In this document: positions 9,374-17,303 of the stretch, piece by piece | How the letters are laid out: every line of letters begins with the position of its first letter | Numbering within the stretch: position 1 is the stretch's first letter | Assembly (NCBI GenBank): GCA_016789655.1 | Contig: JAEUQV010000099.1 | Coordinates: forward strand, 32,778-96,777 | Direction: 5' to 3' | From: Candidatus Saccharimonadota bacterium | GTDB taxonomy: Bacteria; Patescibacteriota; Saccharimonadia; Saccharimonadales; UBA4665 | Length of the DNA: 64,000 nucleotides | Translations under genes and position numbers: made by a program | The notes under the pieces: model-generated | Database searches by the model: none | Seen by the model: the letters and a program-made list of their open reading frames with translations, nothing else | Told to the model about the DNA's origin: nothing

Positions 9374-10276
9374 CTACCCAAAGGCAAGCCCGAGCAAGCC
9401 GACACTTATAAGTGCTACACCATACCATTGCTGTTGAGTCACCTTTTCACGATATACCAAGGCGCCTACTAGCATCATTGGCACGACTTGAGCACTTTTA
9501 ACTGCCGTGACATACCCGGCGGTAGGAGTCAGTAACTTTGCTTGGTATGTTGCAGTAAGATTGATTGCATACGTAAGGCCCACAAAGCCCAATAGATGTA
9601 CGTAGCGTTTGATGTCGCCCCCAATTCCTTGCCAATAACCTTGCACCTGTCGTTTGTTCTGCAAAAGAAGAGCTACAAATAGAAGAACTGGTACGGTAAG
9701 TAGCGACGAGTAAAAATTAAATATACCGGGGTTAGACAAACGCAACGGAATCAGCTCTAAGTTTGAGTAAAAAGCTCGCAAAGCAACTACAAACAATATT
9801 AGCCATAAGGCTTTCATATGATTTTTGTGATTTGCACTATGCTTCTTTTTATCTGCATATACGATAAGCGTCCCTGCCAAAACCAATAGTGCACCGCAAA
9901 CACCCAAAATGGTTGGGCGCTGGTGTAGTAGCAGTACCGAGCCTAAGATCGCACTTACACCAACAAGTGCTAATAATGGCGCAACGAACGATATGTCCGC
10001 TAAACTAAGCGCTTTAAAATAGCAATACAGATCTACTGCGCAACATAGTGCATACAGGGCTGTAGCCGCCCAAAAATGAGCCGAAAGCTGCCCTGGCCAA
10101 TAAAAGGTATAAAGCCCAGGCAACATAAAAATTGCAATGAAAGGCAGTGCAAAAGCTTGCTGCAGCCAAGCTAATGTGAGGCTAGATATTTTGGCGCTTA
10201 AACCTTTTTCTACAGAGCGTCGCGCCACCAGCAAACTAAGCGCTACCAAAGATAGCAAAAACCACATACCAAGCAT
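9374..10276 (-). CDS. EamA/DMT-family integral membrane transporter
   Basis: 300-aa, highly hydrophobic ORF with about 10 predicted TM segments in two similar halves, typical of EamA-type transporters. Confidence 0.75.
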   Translation of the reverse strand: MLGMWFLLSLVALSLLVARRSVEKGLSAKISSLTLAWLQQAFALPFIAIFMLPGLYTFYWPGQLSAHFWAATALYALCCAVDLYCYFKALSLADISFVAPLLALVGVSAILGSVLLLHQRPTILGVCGALLVLAGTLIVYADKKKHSANHKNHMKALWLILFVVALRAFYSNLELIPLRLSNPGIFNFYSSLLTVPVLLFVALLLQNKRQVQGYWQGIGGDIKRYVHLLGFVGLTYAINLTATYQAKLLTPTAGYVTAVKSAQVVPMMLVGALVYREKVTQQQWYGVALISVGLLGLAFG

Positions 10277-10330
10277 TATAGCGGTTAAGCCACAGTCCAG
10301 CTAGACGAAGGGAATGCTGGCTTTATATAA

Positions 10331-10921
10331 CTAATGCTTTGTACTTTTTATGACTTTGTCGACGATGCCATAAGCATCTGCTTCGGTTGCGGTCATCCAG
10401 CGGTCACGTTCCATGTCTTCGTGGATTTTCTCAATCTTTTGACCAGTGTTGCCTGCCATGATTTCTTCAAGCAACTTCTTGACACGCAAGCTTTCGCGCA
10501 GGTCTATTTCCTGGTCGGTCACCTTACCGCGTGTGCCGCTGCTTGGCTGATGGATCATCACCGTTGCATTCGGCAACAAGAATCGTTTCCCTTTGGTTCC
10601 GCTACTCAGCAAGAATGCTGCAGCGCTTGCCTGAACCCCAATCCCGACCGTTTGTACATCATTTGCAATGTATTGCATTGTGTCGTAAATAGCCAAAGCG
10701 TCGTATACACTTCCGCCAGGGCTGTTTATGTACAGGTATATGTCTTTTTTGGCATCTTCAGCCTGTAAAAACAGCAGTTGCGCAACTATAAGATTAGCTG
10801 TTGTTTCATTTATTTCACTGCCGATGAATATGATCCGGTCTTTAAGCAAACGACTGTATATGTCATAGGCTCGCTCGTAGCGACCTTCGTTTTCGATAAC
10901 TGTTGGTACTAATACGCTCAT
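10331..10921 (-). CDS. clpP: ATP-dependent Clp protease proteolytic subunit
   Basis: ClpP blocks are present: IINSPGGSV-like ([11 protein letters not shown]), catalytic Ser context [11 protein letters not shown], and His in VMIHQP. Start is set at ATG 10921 (MSVLVP...); the track start at 10936 is a TTG. Confidence 0.93.
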   Translation of the reverse strand: MSVLVPTVIENEGRYERAYDIYSRLLKDRIIFIGSEINETTANLIVAQLLFLQAEDAKKDIYLYINSPGGSVYDALAIYDTMQYIANDVQTVGIGVQASAAAFLLSSGTKGKRFLLPNATVMIHQPSSGTRGKVTDQEIDLRESLRVKKLLEEIMAGNTGQKIEKIHEDMERDRWMTATEADAYGIVDKVIKSTKH

Positions 10922-10927
10922 ACGTAC

Positions 10928-10966
10928 ATGATACAAAAATTAGCACTCCCAAGTCAAGAGTGCTAA
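10928..10966 (-). promoter_or_regulatory. clpP promoter overlapped by a perfect CIRCE (HrcA operator) inverted repeat
   Basis: TTAGCACTC-N9-GAGTGCTAA at 10940-10966 matches the CIRCE consensus 18/18. On the minus strand the N9 loop carries TTGACT (-35), followed by an 18-nt spacer, TATCAT (-10, 10933-10928), then 6 nt to the ATG. Confidence 0.75.
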
Positions 10967-10995
10967 TTACTGACATGCCCGGCCTGCGACATCAT

Positions 10996-11691
10996 TCATG
11001 CACTTGGTTTGTCGCCAGGGTCATTTTTTTCATTCGGATAATAAAATATGCCATACTCTTCAAGGCCACCGCCGCCAGGAGTGGAAGGATGTACGATCGA
11101 ACTTGCAATGTTGCCTGACGTTGCATCAAGCCCTAATAAATCATGCGCACGTAAGAAATTCAGCCAATCTCGCAATTCTGCATGCGAAGGTATACGCGAT
11201 GTATTCTTTTGATCCATAGGCAGCTCCCAGCGTTGTGCGCCACCTTCGGCCTGAGGTTTCTCAAACCAATCCGCTGATCCAACCGAGTTTACACCAGGCT
11301 TTACTATTGGCATATTCGCTACATCAAATGGAGTCGGAGGTTTTGCTACATCATCAGATGCGCGTTTCATTGTGGCAAGTTCGATTTCCCATAATATCCT
11401 GTCGACTTCACTCATATCCCCAGGGACAATGCTCGTTGTCTCGCTCGAGGGAGTTTCATCCAGATTGACTTTGTTGCGATCAATAACACCACCGCACTCA
11501 CTTTGTGTCGCTGAACCAGCCCCTAGACCCTCTTTGGTATGGCGCACTTCGTCTATGCTTGTTGCATGACCATGACTAAACGCCCTAGCCGTTTCATCGT
11601 AAATAGGCGTTCCCCCATTTACATTAGGATCAAACCATGGATTTCGAAAGTTGGGATTATGCTCACCATTGCTCATCATTGTATTGTACAT
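10996..11691 (-). CDS. Hypothetical protein (no TM segment, low-complexity, Gly/Pro/Asn-rich ends)
   Basis: 231-aa ORF with ATG start. I recognise no motif. Coding status rests only on ORF length and position. Confidence 0.45.
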   Translation of the reverse strand: MYNTMMSNGEHNPNFRNPWFDPNVNGGTPIYDETARAFSHGHATSIDEVRHTKEGLGAGSATQSECGGVIDRNKVNLDETPSSETTSIVPGDMSEVDRILWEIELATMKRASDDVAKPPTPFDVANMPIVKPGVNSVGSADWFEKPQAEGGAQRWELPMDQKNTSRIPSHAELRDWLNFLRAHDLLGLDATSGNIASSIVHPSTPGGGGLEEYGIFYYPNEKNDPGDKPSA

Positions 11692-11728
11692 TAAGATTAT
11701 GCTTTTGTCAATTTCTTTTTTACTATTA

Positions 11729-11757
11729 TTGACTTTTTTTCCATATTTTGCTATTGT
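11729..11757 (+). promoter_or_regulatory. Strong sigma70-like promoter (TTGACT, 17 nt, TGC-TATTGT)
   Basis: -35 TTGACT at 11729-11734, a 17-nt spacer ending in TGC, and -10 TATTGT at 11752-11757. It lies about 340 nt upstream of the next CDS. Confidence 0.5.
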
Positions 11758-11763
11758 ATTTTT

Positions 11764-12030
11764 ACATCTGAGTTTGGATGTTATGACCTGCGGTTATATT
11801 TGGTCGCCTAGACCGCAGCGAGCAAGTGGCGAAACCGGCCGAACTCCAACTCAGTTGAGGGCGTAGCAAAACTCCCGCGTCACAATGGGCCTTTCGACAT
11901 GCCCAAGCTACAAGTAAGCCAACCCGGCTTGATGCGCTGTCTCTGTCTCAAGTGACGTCTCAACATGATAGGTCTCAGCTTCGCCTGCCGTGACCTATCC
12001 CGCGCACGAGGTAATGGGGAGCCTCGTGCC
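11764..12030 (+). ncRNA. Candidate structured non-coding RNA or long leader of unknown family
   Basis: Located downstream of the promoter above and contains no credible ORF. Three clean hairpins: CTGCGGT/ACCGCAG (11788-11818), GATAGGTC/GACCTATC (11967-11999) and GCACGAGG/CCTCGTGC (12004-12029). A second promoter, TGTGCTACAAT (12054-12062), follows it. Confidence 0.3.
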
Positions 12031-12100
12031 GCTATGAAACTACTCTATATTTGTGCTACAATGGCGCAGTAATTTAATTACTAGCGAAACAAAAACATTT

Positions 12101-13816
12101 ATGAAGTTCATGTGTAATACTCGCCAAAAAATTGTCGCGATAGTTCTATGCTGGTTAGTTATTACGTCAGTATTATGGCCAGTTGCTCAGGCGGGTATAT
12201 ATTCTGTTACATTGAGTGCGCCTACTCAGACAAACGTAGGTTCAAATTACACTGTTTACCTTCGGGCTAATATGGTGAAGGACTCCTACGCTACTGGCTA
12301 TATTTCTGGAACGGTACTTTTCCCTTCTCAGTATGTAAAGCTTATAAATATTTACCCGGTTGATTATCCCGGCGTCACGTTTAGCTGGACGAGTAACAGC
12401 ATAAAGATATCAGCACCTAATCTTGGAGCCGGTAAAGGCTACGGTGGCAATCTGACCATTTTTAGAGCCACTTTCAATGCTATTGCGGTCGGGCCAGCCA
12501 CTATTAGTGCGAGCGGAGGAAGCATGATCGTCAACGGTACGAACCACACAGTGATTTCCGCGAGTACGAATATTTATGCGCAATCATGCCCGAGTGGCCA
12601 GGTGGGTACACCCCCCAGTTGTACGACGCCAGCTCCGCCCACACCCAATCCATCGCCGAACCCAACAACCCCCACTTCACCAGCGACAAACCCCAGCACG
12701 CCAACGACAAACCAAAACCCAACGACTTCGAGTCCTACCACTACGACACCATCGTCAACCGTAAAAACACAAACCACAACCGCAGCACCGAAGCCAACGA
12801 TATACGTGCCAAAACCATCAGTGAGCACAACAGGCAGTGTACAAACAACAAGCCCACCGGGCGAAATCAGTGGGCCGAGTACGGTTAATATCACTACATT
12901 TGAGTTAGATATCCGACCTACTAAGGCAGTACTCTCTTTCGTGCCTACTGCCCCACTACATGACACAACGCTTTATTACGGTACAGACAAAAATGATCTA
13001 TCTATGACCATTTCTCTAGAACTTCCCACGACCTCAGAAGGTGGACTAGTGGCCCGGTTAGATTCTTTATCTCCAAGTACAAAGTATTTCTATCGACTTG
13101 ATTCCGTCGATGCAGATGGAAAACAAAGTAGCTATACCAACAGCTTCAATTCACTCGGCTTTCCAGTGAAAGTCAAGGTGCTTAGCGCAGGCAAGCTGAA
13201 GCCCGGTGGTCAAATTAAGATGGGGAGCAACCCATTCACAGCCGATGCGAATGGAGAAGTAGTAACTAATCTGCCACCAGGAAAGTACACTATTACAGAC
13301 AGTAACGGCAAAGGCTCCTCCGAAATATCCGTGAAACGCACCGACTCCGCAAACGGTGACATAAAGGAGCAATCATATTCATATAATTTACCGCTGGCAA
13401 CTGTCGCAAACACCAGCAAAACATCTTCTATGTTCGGAGTAGTGCTTGTACTGCTTCTGCTTGCTGGATCCGTAGGAGGTGGTACGGTCTGGTGGCGCAG
13501 AAGAGAGCAAGCCCGCTTAATGACCTTGCAACTTTCGACAGGCCCCAGTGATATAGATGTGGTGACATCCATGTACGAACAGGCGACCGGCCAAACAGAT
13601 ACTGATGCAAATGCACCAGAGACGCCACACCTTGATGGCGGCTATCATAATGTGTCACTTGCTGACATGGTTTCTACTCCAGCACCATCGCAGCCTGCTC
13701 CAGATGAAAATGACGATTTCGATCCGTTTATTCAAGATTCACCCTTTGCGCCTGGTAAAGATTTCAATTCGAGTAAGAATGCTCAAGAACACGTCGAGCA
13801 CCATTACCGGCAATAA
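12101..13816 (+). CDS. Cell-surface protein: signal peptide, cohesin-like domain, Pro/Thr linker, FN3-like and Ig-like domains, C-terminal TM anchor
   Basis: Start is set at ATG 12101 (MKFMCNTRQKIVAIVLCWLVITSVLWPVAQA signal); the track start at 12053 is a GTG. The PT-rich linker is at about 12600-12800, and the TM segment FGVVLVLLLLAGSVGGGTVWW is followed by RRRE. Confidence 0.7.
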   Translation: MKFMCNTRQKIVAIVLCWLVITSVLWPVAQAGIYSVTLSAPTQTNVGSNYTVYLRANMVKDSYATGYISGTVLFPSQYVKLINIYPVDYPGVTFSWTSNSIKISAPNLGAGKGYGGNLTIFRATFNAIAVGPATISASGGSMIVNGTNHTVISASTNIYAQSCPSGQVGTPPSCTTPAPPTPNPSPNPTTPTSPATNPSTPTTNQNPTTSSPTTTTPSSTVKTQTTTAAPKPTIYVPKPSVSTTGSVQTTSPPGEISGPSTVNITTFELDIRPTKAVLSFVPTAPLHDTTLYYGTDKNDLSMTISLELPTTSEGGLVARLDSLSPSTKYFYRLDSVDADGKQSSYTNSFNSLGFPVKVKVLSAGKLKPGGQIKMGSNPFTADANGEVVTNLPPGKYTITDSNGKGSSEISVKRTDSANGDIKEQSYSYNLPLATVANTSKTSSMFGVVLVLLLLAGSVGGGTVWWRRREQARLMTLQLSTGPSDIDVVTSMYEQATGQTDTDANAPETPHLDGGYHNVSLADMVSTPAPSQPAPDENDDFDPFIQDSPFAPGKDFNSSKNAQEHVEHHYRQ

Positions 13817-13869
13817 CCTTTACCATTTATTTACTTGTAATAACAGCGGACCAAAGTCTACAGATTTGA

Positions 13870-15153
13870 CTACTTTGAAGCTTTCTCAACAAGGACTGCG
13901 AGTGTCTTTTCCGTCATTAAACGGCTCAAAATATCGCGCTGGTTTTCAGTTTTAGCCAGCTCAGCTTGCATTTGCTGGTCGCTATACTGTTTATTGAGCT
14001 CCACAAGCCGTGTGGCAAATTCTTGCTCTGATACTTTTATACCCTCTCGCTCCGCGACTTCTCCAAGGGCAATACCTACCTTTACGCGTAATGTCGCTTG
14101 CTCGCGATGACCTTCGCGGTGCTCTTCCTCGCTTTTACCTTCTGCCTCGAGATGCTCTTGCCAAGTCTGGCCACGGTAGATTAGGTTGCGACGCTCTTCT
14201 TCTCCCATACGATCAATTTCTTGCTCAATCAGCGAATCTGGGATCTCAACTTGAGTTTTGGCTCCTAGCTGCTCTAGCACGTCGCTTTCGAGTTTGCGTT
14301 GTGCTTGTGCATCTTTTTCGGTAGCTATTTGTTTGCGAATATCATTACGCAGGTCTGCAACAGATTTGAATGGGCCTAGCTTAGCTGCAAATGCGTCATC
14401 AAGCTTGGGCAGTTCACGTTCTTTAACGGCTTTAACCATTACGGTAAACGTAACTTTTTTCTGCTGCAGCTCTTTTGCTGCATAGTCTTTTGGAAAGGTT
14501 ATAGTGAAGGTCTTTTCCTCACCTGCTTTCATGCCCAACAACTCTGGTTCAAATCCTGGAATGAACGTATTGCTTCCGAGTACTAGGGGGTAGTCCTCGC
14601 CGGTCGCACCCTCTATAGCCTCAGCTGACTTAGCATCCGTCCCAGCAAAATCAATCACAACTTCATCACCATCAACTGCTGCTCGCTTTACCTCTTGGAC
14701 ACTGGCGTCACGTGCGAGTAAATCATCGAGTACAGTTTCTACCTCACTATCATTAACTTTTTCTACTGTTTTAGCGATACTAAATTTTGTGTAATCAGGC
14801 AGTTTAACTGCGCCCACGACGTCAAGAGTAGCAGTTATCTCTATCGTGGAAAACGGCACGAATTTCGTCAAATTCACCTCTGGTTGAGAAACAGGTCGAA
14901 GTTTTTCCTGCTCAACGCCAGCAACATATAGGTTATTCACTACTTGGTCTATTACTTTGTTCTGTAACAACTGCTGGTCAACTACTTTTTCCACCATTGT
15001 CGCAGGGGCGTGGCCTTTACGGAAACCGGCTAACTTGAGATCCTTCGCCAGCTCTTTCAACACGACTTCTTTGGCGGGTTGTAGCGTGGCTTCGTCGGCT
15101 GAAATAGTTAACTGTACATTTGTAGGGGTGAGTTGTTTCTTCTTAATCTGCAT
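13870..15153 (-). CDS. tig: Trigger factor
   Basis: Domain order and length are typical of trigger factor, with a central FKBP-like segment (GDEVVIDFAGT...). Start is at ATG 15153 (MQIKKKQLT...). Confidence 0.92.
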   Translation of the reverse strand: MQIKKKQLTPTNVQLTISADEATLQPAKEVVLKELAKDLKLAGFRKGHAPATMVEKVVDQQLLQNKVIDQVVNNLYVAGVEQEKLRPVSQPEVNLTKFVPFSTIEITATLDVVGAVKLPDYTKFSIAKTVEKVNDSEVETVLDDLLARDASVQEVKRAAVDGDEVVIDFAGTDAKSAEAIEGATGEDYPLVLGSNTFIPGFEPELLGMKAGEEKTFTITFPKDYAAKELQQKKVTFTVMVKAVKERELPKLDDAFAAKLGPFKSVADLRNDIRKQIATEKDAQAQRKLESDVLEQLGAKTQVEIPDSLIEQEIDRMGEEERRNLIYRGQTWQEHLEAEGKSEEEHREGHREQATLRVKVGIALGEVAEREGIKVSEQEFATRLVELNKQYSDQQMQAELAKTENQRDILSRLMTEKTLAVLVEKASK

Positions 15154-15228
15154 AGTGACATACTGTAACAGATAGTCTGCCAAAAGGCTACTCCTGATAA
15201 TACAGTATGTTCCTGCTAGTTCCGTGGG

Positions 15229-16590
15229 TTATGCATCGAAATCATCGTCGAGCGCTGGGTCACTAACAGAAGGTACGCCATGAGTTCGACGACTATCGCG
15301 AAGCATCGCAATGATTCGCTCTCGACCATGCTGATCCTCTAAGCCACTAACTAGGTTTTTGAGTTTGTACCGCTCATCGGCCAATTCTGCATCACCGATG
15401 AATATAACATGCTCTATGCCTTTCTTTACAGCCGTCTTAATCTGCTTGTCCAATTTTCGATTGGTACTATCTACAGCCAGCCGAAGTCCTTCATCCCGAA
15501 AGTAGTTTAAGATTGGTTGTGCTTTTTCATAGAGATTATCTCCGAGCAATACTACGTATGCATCCGTCTCCGGCACAAGCCTAGGAATCAGCTCATGCGC
15601 CTCCAAAAAGTTTTGAAGGGTCACATCACCCATTCCAAAACCAACTGTCGGCACTGGCTCGACACCAAACATTCCGACCAAACCGTCGTAACGGCCGCCT
15701 CCGAACATCGAACGATTATTCTCCGGGTGTTCATCGAACACCTCAAAAACGATATCAGTGTAATAATCAAAGCCGCGCATTAGAGTTATGTCAAACTTTA
15801 CATTTGTCACCCGTGATTCGATGAGCAAATCGTCAAGACGCTTAAGTGCCAAAATGCACGGCAAATTCATGACGCTTTCTGGCAAATCATTCAAACGCTT
15901 GACCTGCATGAGCTCCATAAGTTTGTCGAGCGTTCCGTCTTCACGTTGTGTTGGTGTAAGTACAGCATCGGCTTGCGCTAGAAAGCTATCTTTCTCCATT
16001 TTATGAATTCGGTCTATCAGGCGAACTAGTGTCTGCTCTTGAGTTTCACTTAGCAACAAATACTTACGGAAGAGGTGCTCTGTCAATACCCTGCTATTAA
16101 CATGTATGCTATACATATCGGGCTTAGCCCCATAACTACGTAAAATGCGATCTGCCAACAAGATTATCTCGTGGTCAGCCTCGACTCCATCAACGCCAAA
16201 TATATCGGCATTGAGCTGCCAAAATTCACGCAATCGCCCGCGTTGCATCCGCTCATAGCGCCACAAATTCGGGATGGAGTACCAGCGCACTGGATATGCC
16301 AGCTCTTGACGACGACCAGCAACCATGCGACTTACTGTCGGTGTCATCTCGGTGCGAATCGTTACACTACGACCACCCCGGTCTTGGAAAGTGTATGTTT
16401 GCTCATCTATAATTTCTTGATTGCCTTTAGAAAGGTATAGCTCGGTCGGTTCCAGTATCGGTGCATCGTACTCCTCGTAACCAAAGCTTTCACATACTTC
16501 ACGTAATTTGCCAAATATATACTTTTGTAAGCGCTTATCTTCTGGGTAAAAATCCCGTGCGCCTTTATAGGGTTGTACTTGTAGTGCCAT
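15229..16590 (-). CDS. hisS: Histidine--tRNA ligase
   Basis: Class II aaRS motifs (RDFYPED, YERMQRGRLREFWQ, GGGRYDGL) and a C-terminal anticodon-binding domain. Confidence 0.95.
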   Translation of the reverse strand: MALQVQPYKGARDFYPEDKRLQKYIFGKLREVCESFGYEEYDAPILEPTELYLSKGNQEIIDEQTYTFQDRGGRSVTIRTEMTPTVSRMVAGRRQELAYPVRWYSIPNLWRYERMQRGRLREFWQLNADIFGVDGVEADHEIILLADRILRSYGAKPDMYSIHVNSRVLTEHLFRKYLLLSETQEQTLVRLIDRIHKMEKDSFLAQADAVLTPTQREDGTLDKLMELMQVKRLNDLPESVMNLPCILALKRLDDLLIESRVTNVKFDITLMRGFDYYTDIVFEVFDEHPENNRSMFGGGRYDGLVGMFGVEPVPTVGFGMGDVTLQNFLEAHELIPRLVPETDAYVVLLGDNLYEKAQPILNYFRDEGLRLAVDSTNRKLDKQIKTAVKKGIEHVIFIGDAELADERYKLKNLVSGLEDQHGRERIIAMLRDSRRTHGVPSVSDPALDDDFDA

Positions 16591-16607
16591 AATGCCTCCT
16601 AGTATAC

Positions 16608-16642
16608 AGAGTTAAGAGTTAAGAGTTAAGAGTTAAGAGTTT
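16608..16642. repeat. Heptamer array (AGAGTTA)x4 + AGAGTTT fused to the hisS -10 box
   Basis: Perfect period-7 repeat. The minus strand reads (CTCTTAA)x4-CTCTG-TATACT-AGGAGGCATT-ATG(hisS). The array overlaps the stop and last codons of the upstream VanX-like ORF. Confidence 0.9.
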
Positions 16643-17303
16643 TTGCGTCAGGGACGGACCCTGACGCAAATTGTTCAATTGGGGCGTAGAGAGCCGTAGG
16701 CTGCTGGTAGTAGAAGGCCCACTCGCGGTCGCCATAGCTGAAGTGCCACCATTCACCGTCGAAGGGAGCAAAGCCAGCTGCCATCATCACCTCCCGCAAA
16801 ACGAGACGATTTGTCATCTGTTCTTTCGTCATCCCAGACGAAAATGTGGCTGCTTCGGGTACAAAATTCCATATCGGTGAACCAAAATCAAGCGCCGTAC
16901 CACCACACTTAACCAGCTGCACGTCTACAGCCCCGCCGGTCGGGTGTCCAGCCACGGGCGGATAGGCTATCTCGCGGTGTGCAGCCTCTATCCGCTCGTC
17001 TTCACCGTTACCTTCTGGTTGCCGAGTCATTGCTTGCGCAAATAACGCTTGCTGAATGCTAGGCGTTCTGTAGCCGTAGACAATCTCCAGCAAAAGTTCC
17101 TCTGGCAGCTTAGCAGCTATGAGACCAAGCTTAGCCGCAACCGACTGCCACACATAGATGGCATTACCCGTAATCGGCCGCATGTCTTCACCAATTTGCT
17201 TCGGCACAAGTCGATCGCCCTGTACGGCTACAAGCGGTTCACCACTTTCTTTCACCGGAACATGTTGCAGGTCAGCCGCTAGCACAAGCCGTTCCATACC
17301 CAT
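16626..17303 (-). CDS. D-alanyl-D-alanine dipeptidase (VanX/DdpX, peptidase M15D)
   Basis: Zn-ligand and catalytic patterns YGYRTPSIQ, HPTGGAVDV and EWWHFSYGD are typical of the VanX family. Confidence 0.8.
   Translation of the reverse strand: MGMERLVLAADLQHVPVKESGEPLVAVQGDRLVPKQIGEDMRPITGNAIYVWQSVAAKLGLIAAKLPEELLLEIVYGYRTPSIQQALFAQAMTRQPEGNGEDERIEAAHREIAYPPVAGHPTGGAVDVQLVKCGGTALDFGSPIWNFVPEAATFSSGMTKEQMTNRLVLREVMMAAGFAPFDGEWWHFSYGDREWAFYYQQPTALYAPIEQFASGSVPDAKTLNS

Noticed and set aside
11764-12030. RNase P RNA, SRP RNA or a T-box leader in the structured region upstream of the surface protein. AACCCGGCTT weakly resembles the RNase P P4 3' strand.
   Set aside because: There is no GGAAAGTCCGG (P4 5' strand), no GGUCCGGAAGGAAGCAGCC-type SRP domain IV, and no T-box AGGGTGGTACCGCG motif. 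AAGCC/GGCTT simply forms a local hairpin.
12600-12800. Nucleotide repeats in the Pro/Thr linker of the surface protein and in the Pro/Ala linker of the CAP protein (46330-46470) as possible mobile or SSR elements.
   Set aside because: This is low-complexity coding sequence without a fixed period, consistent with ordinary disordered linkers.
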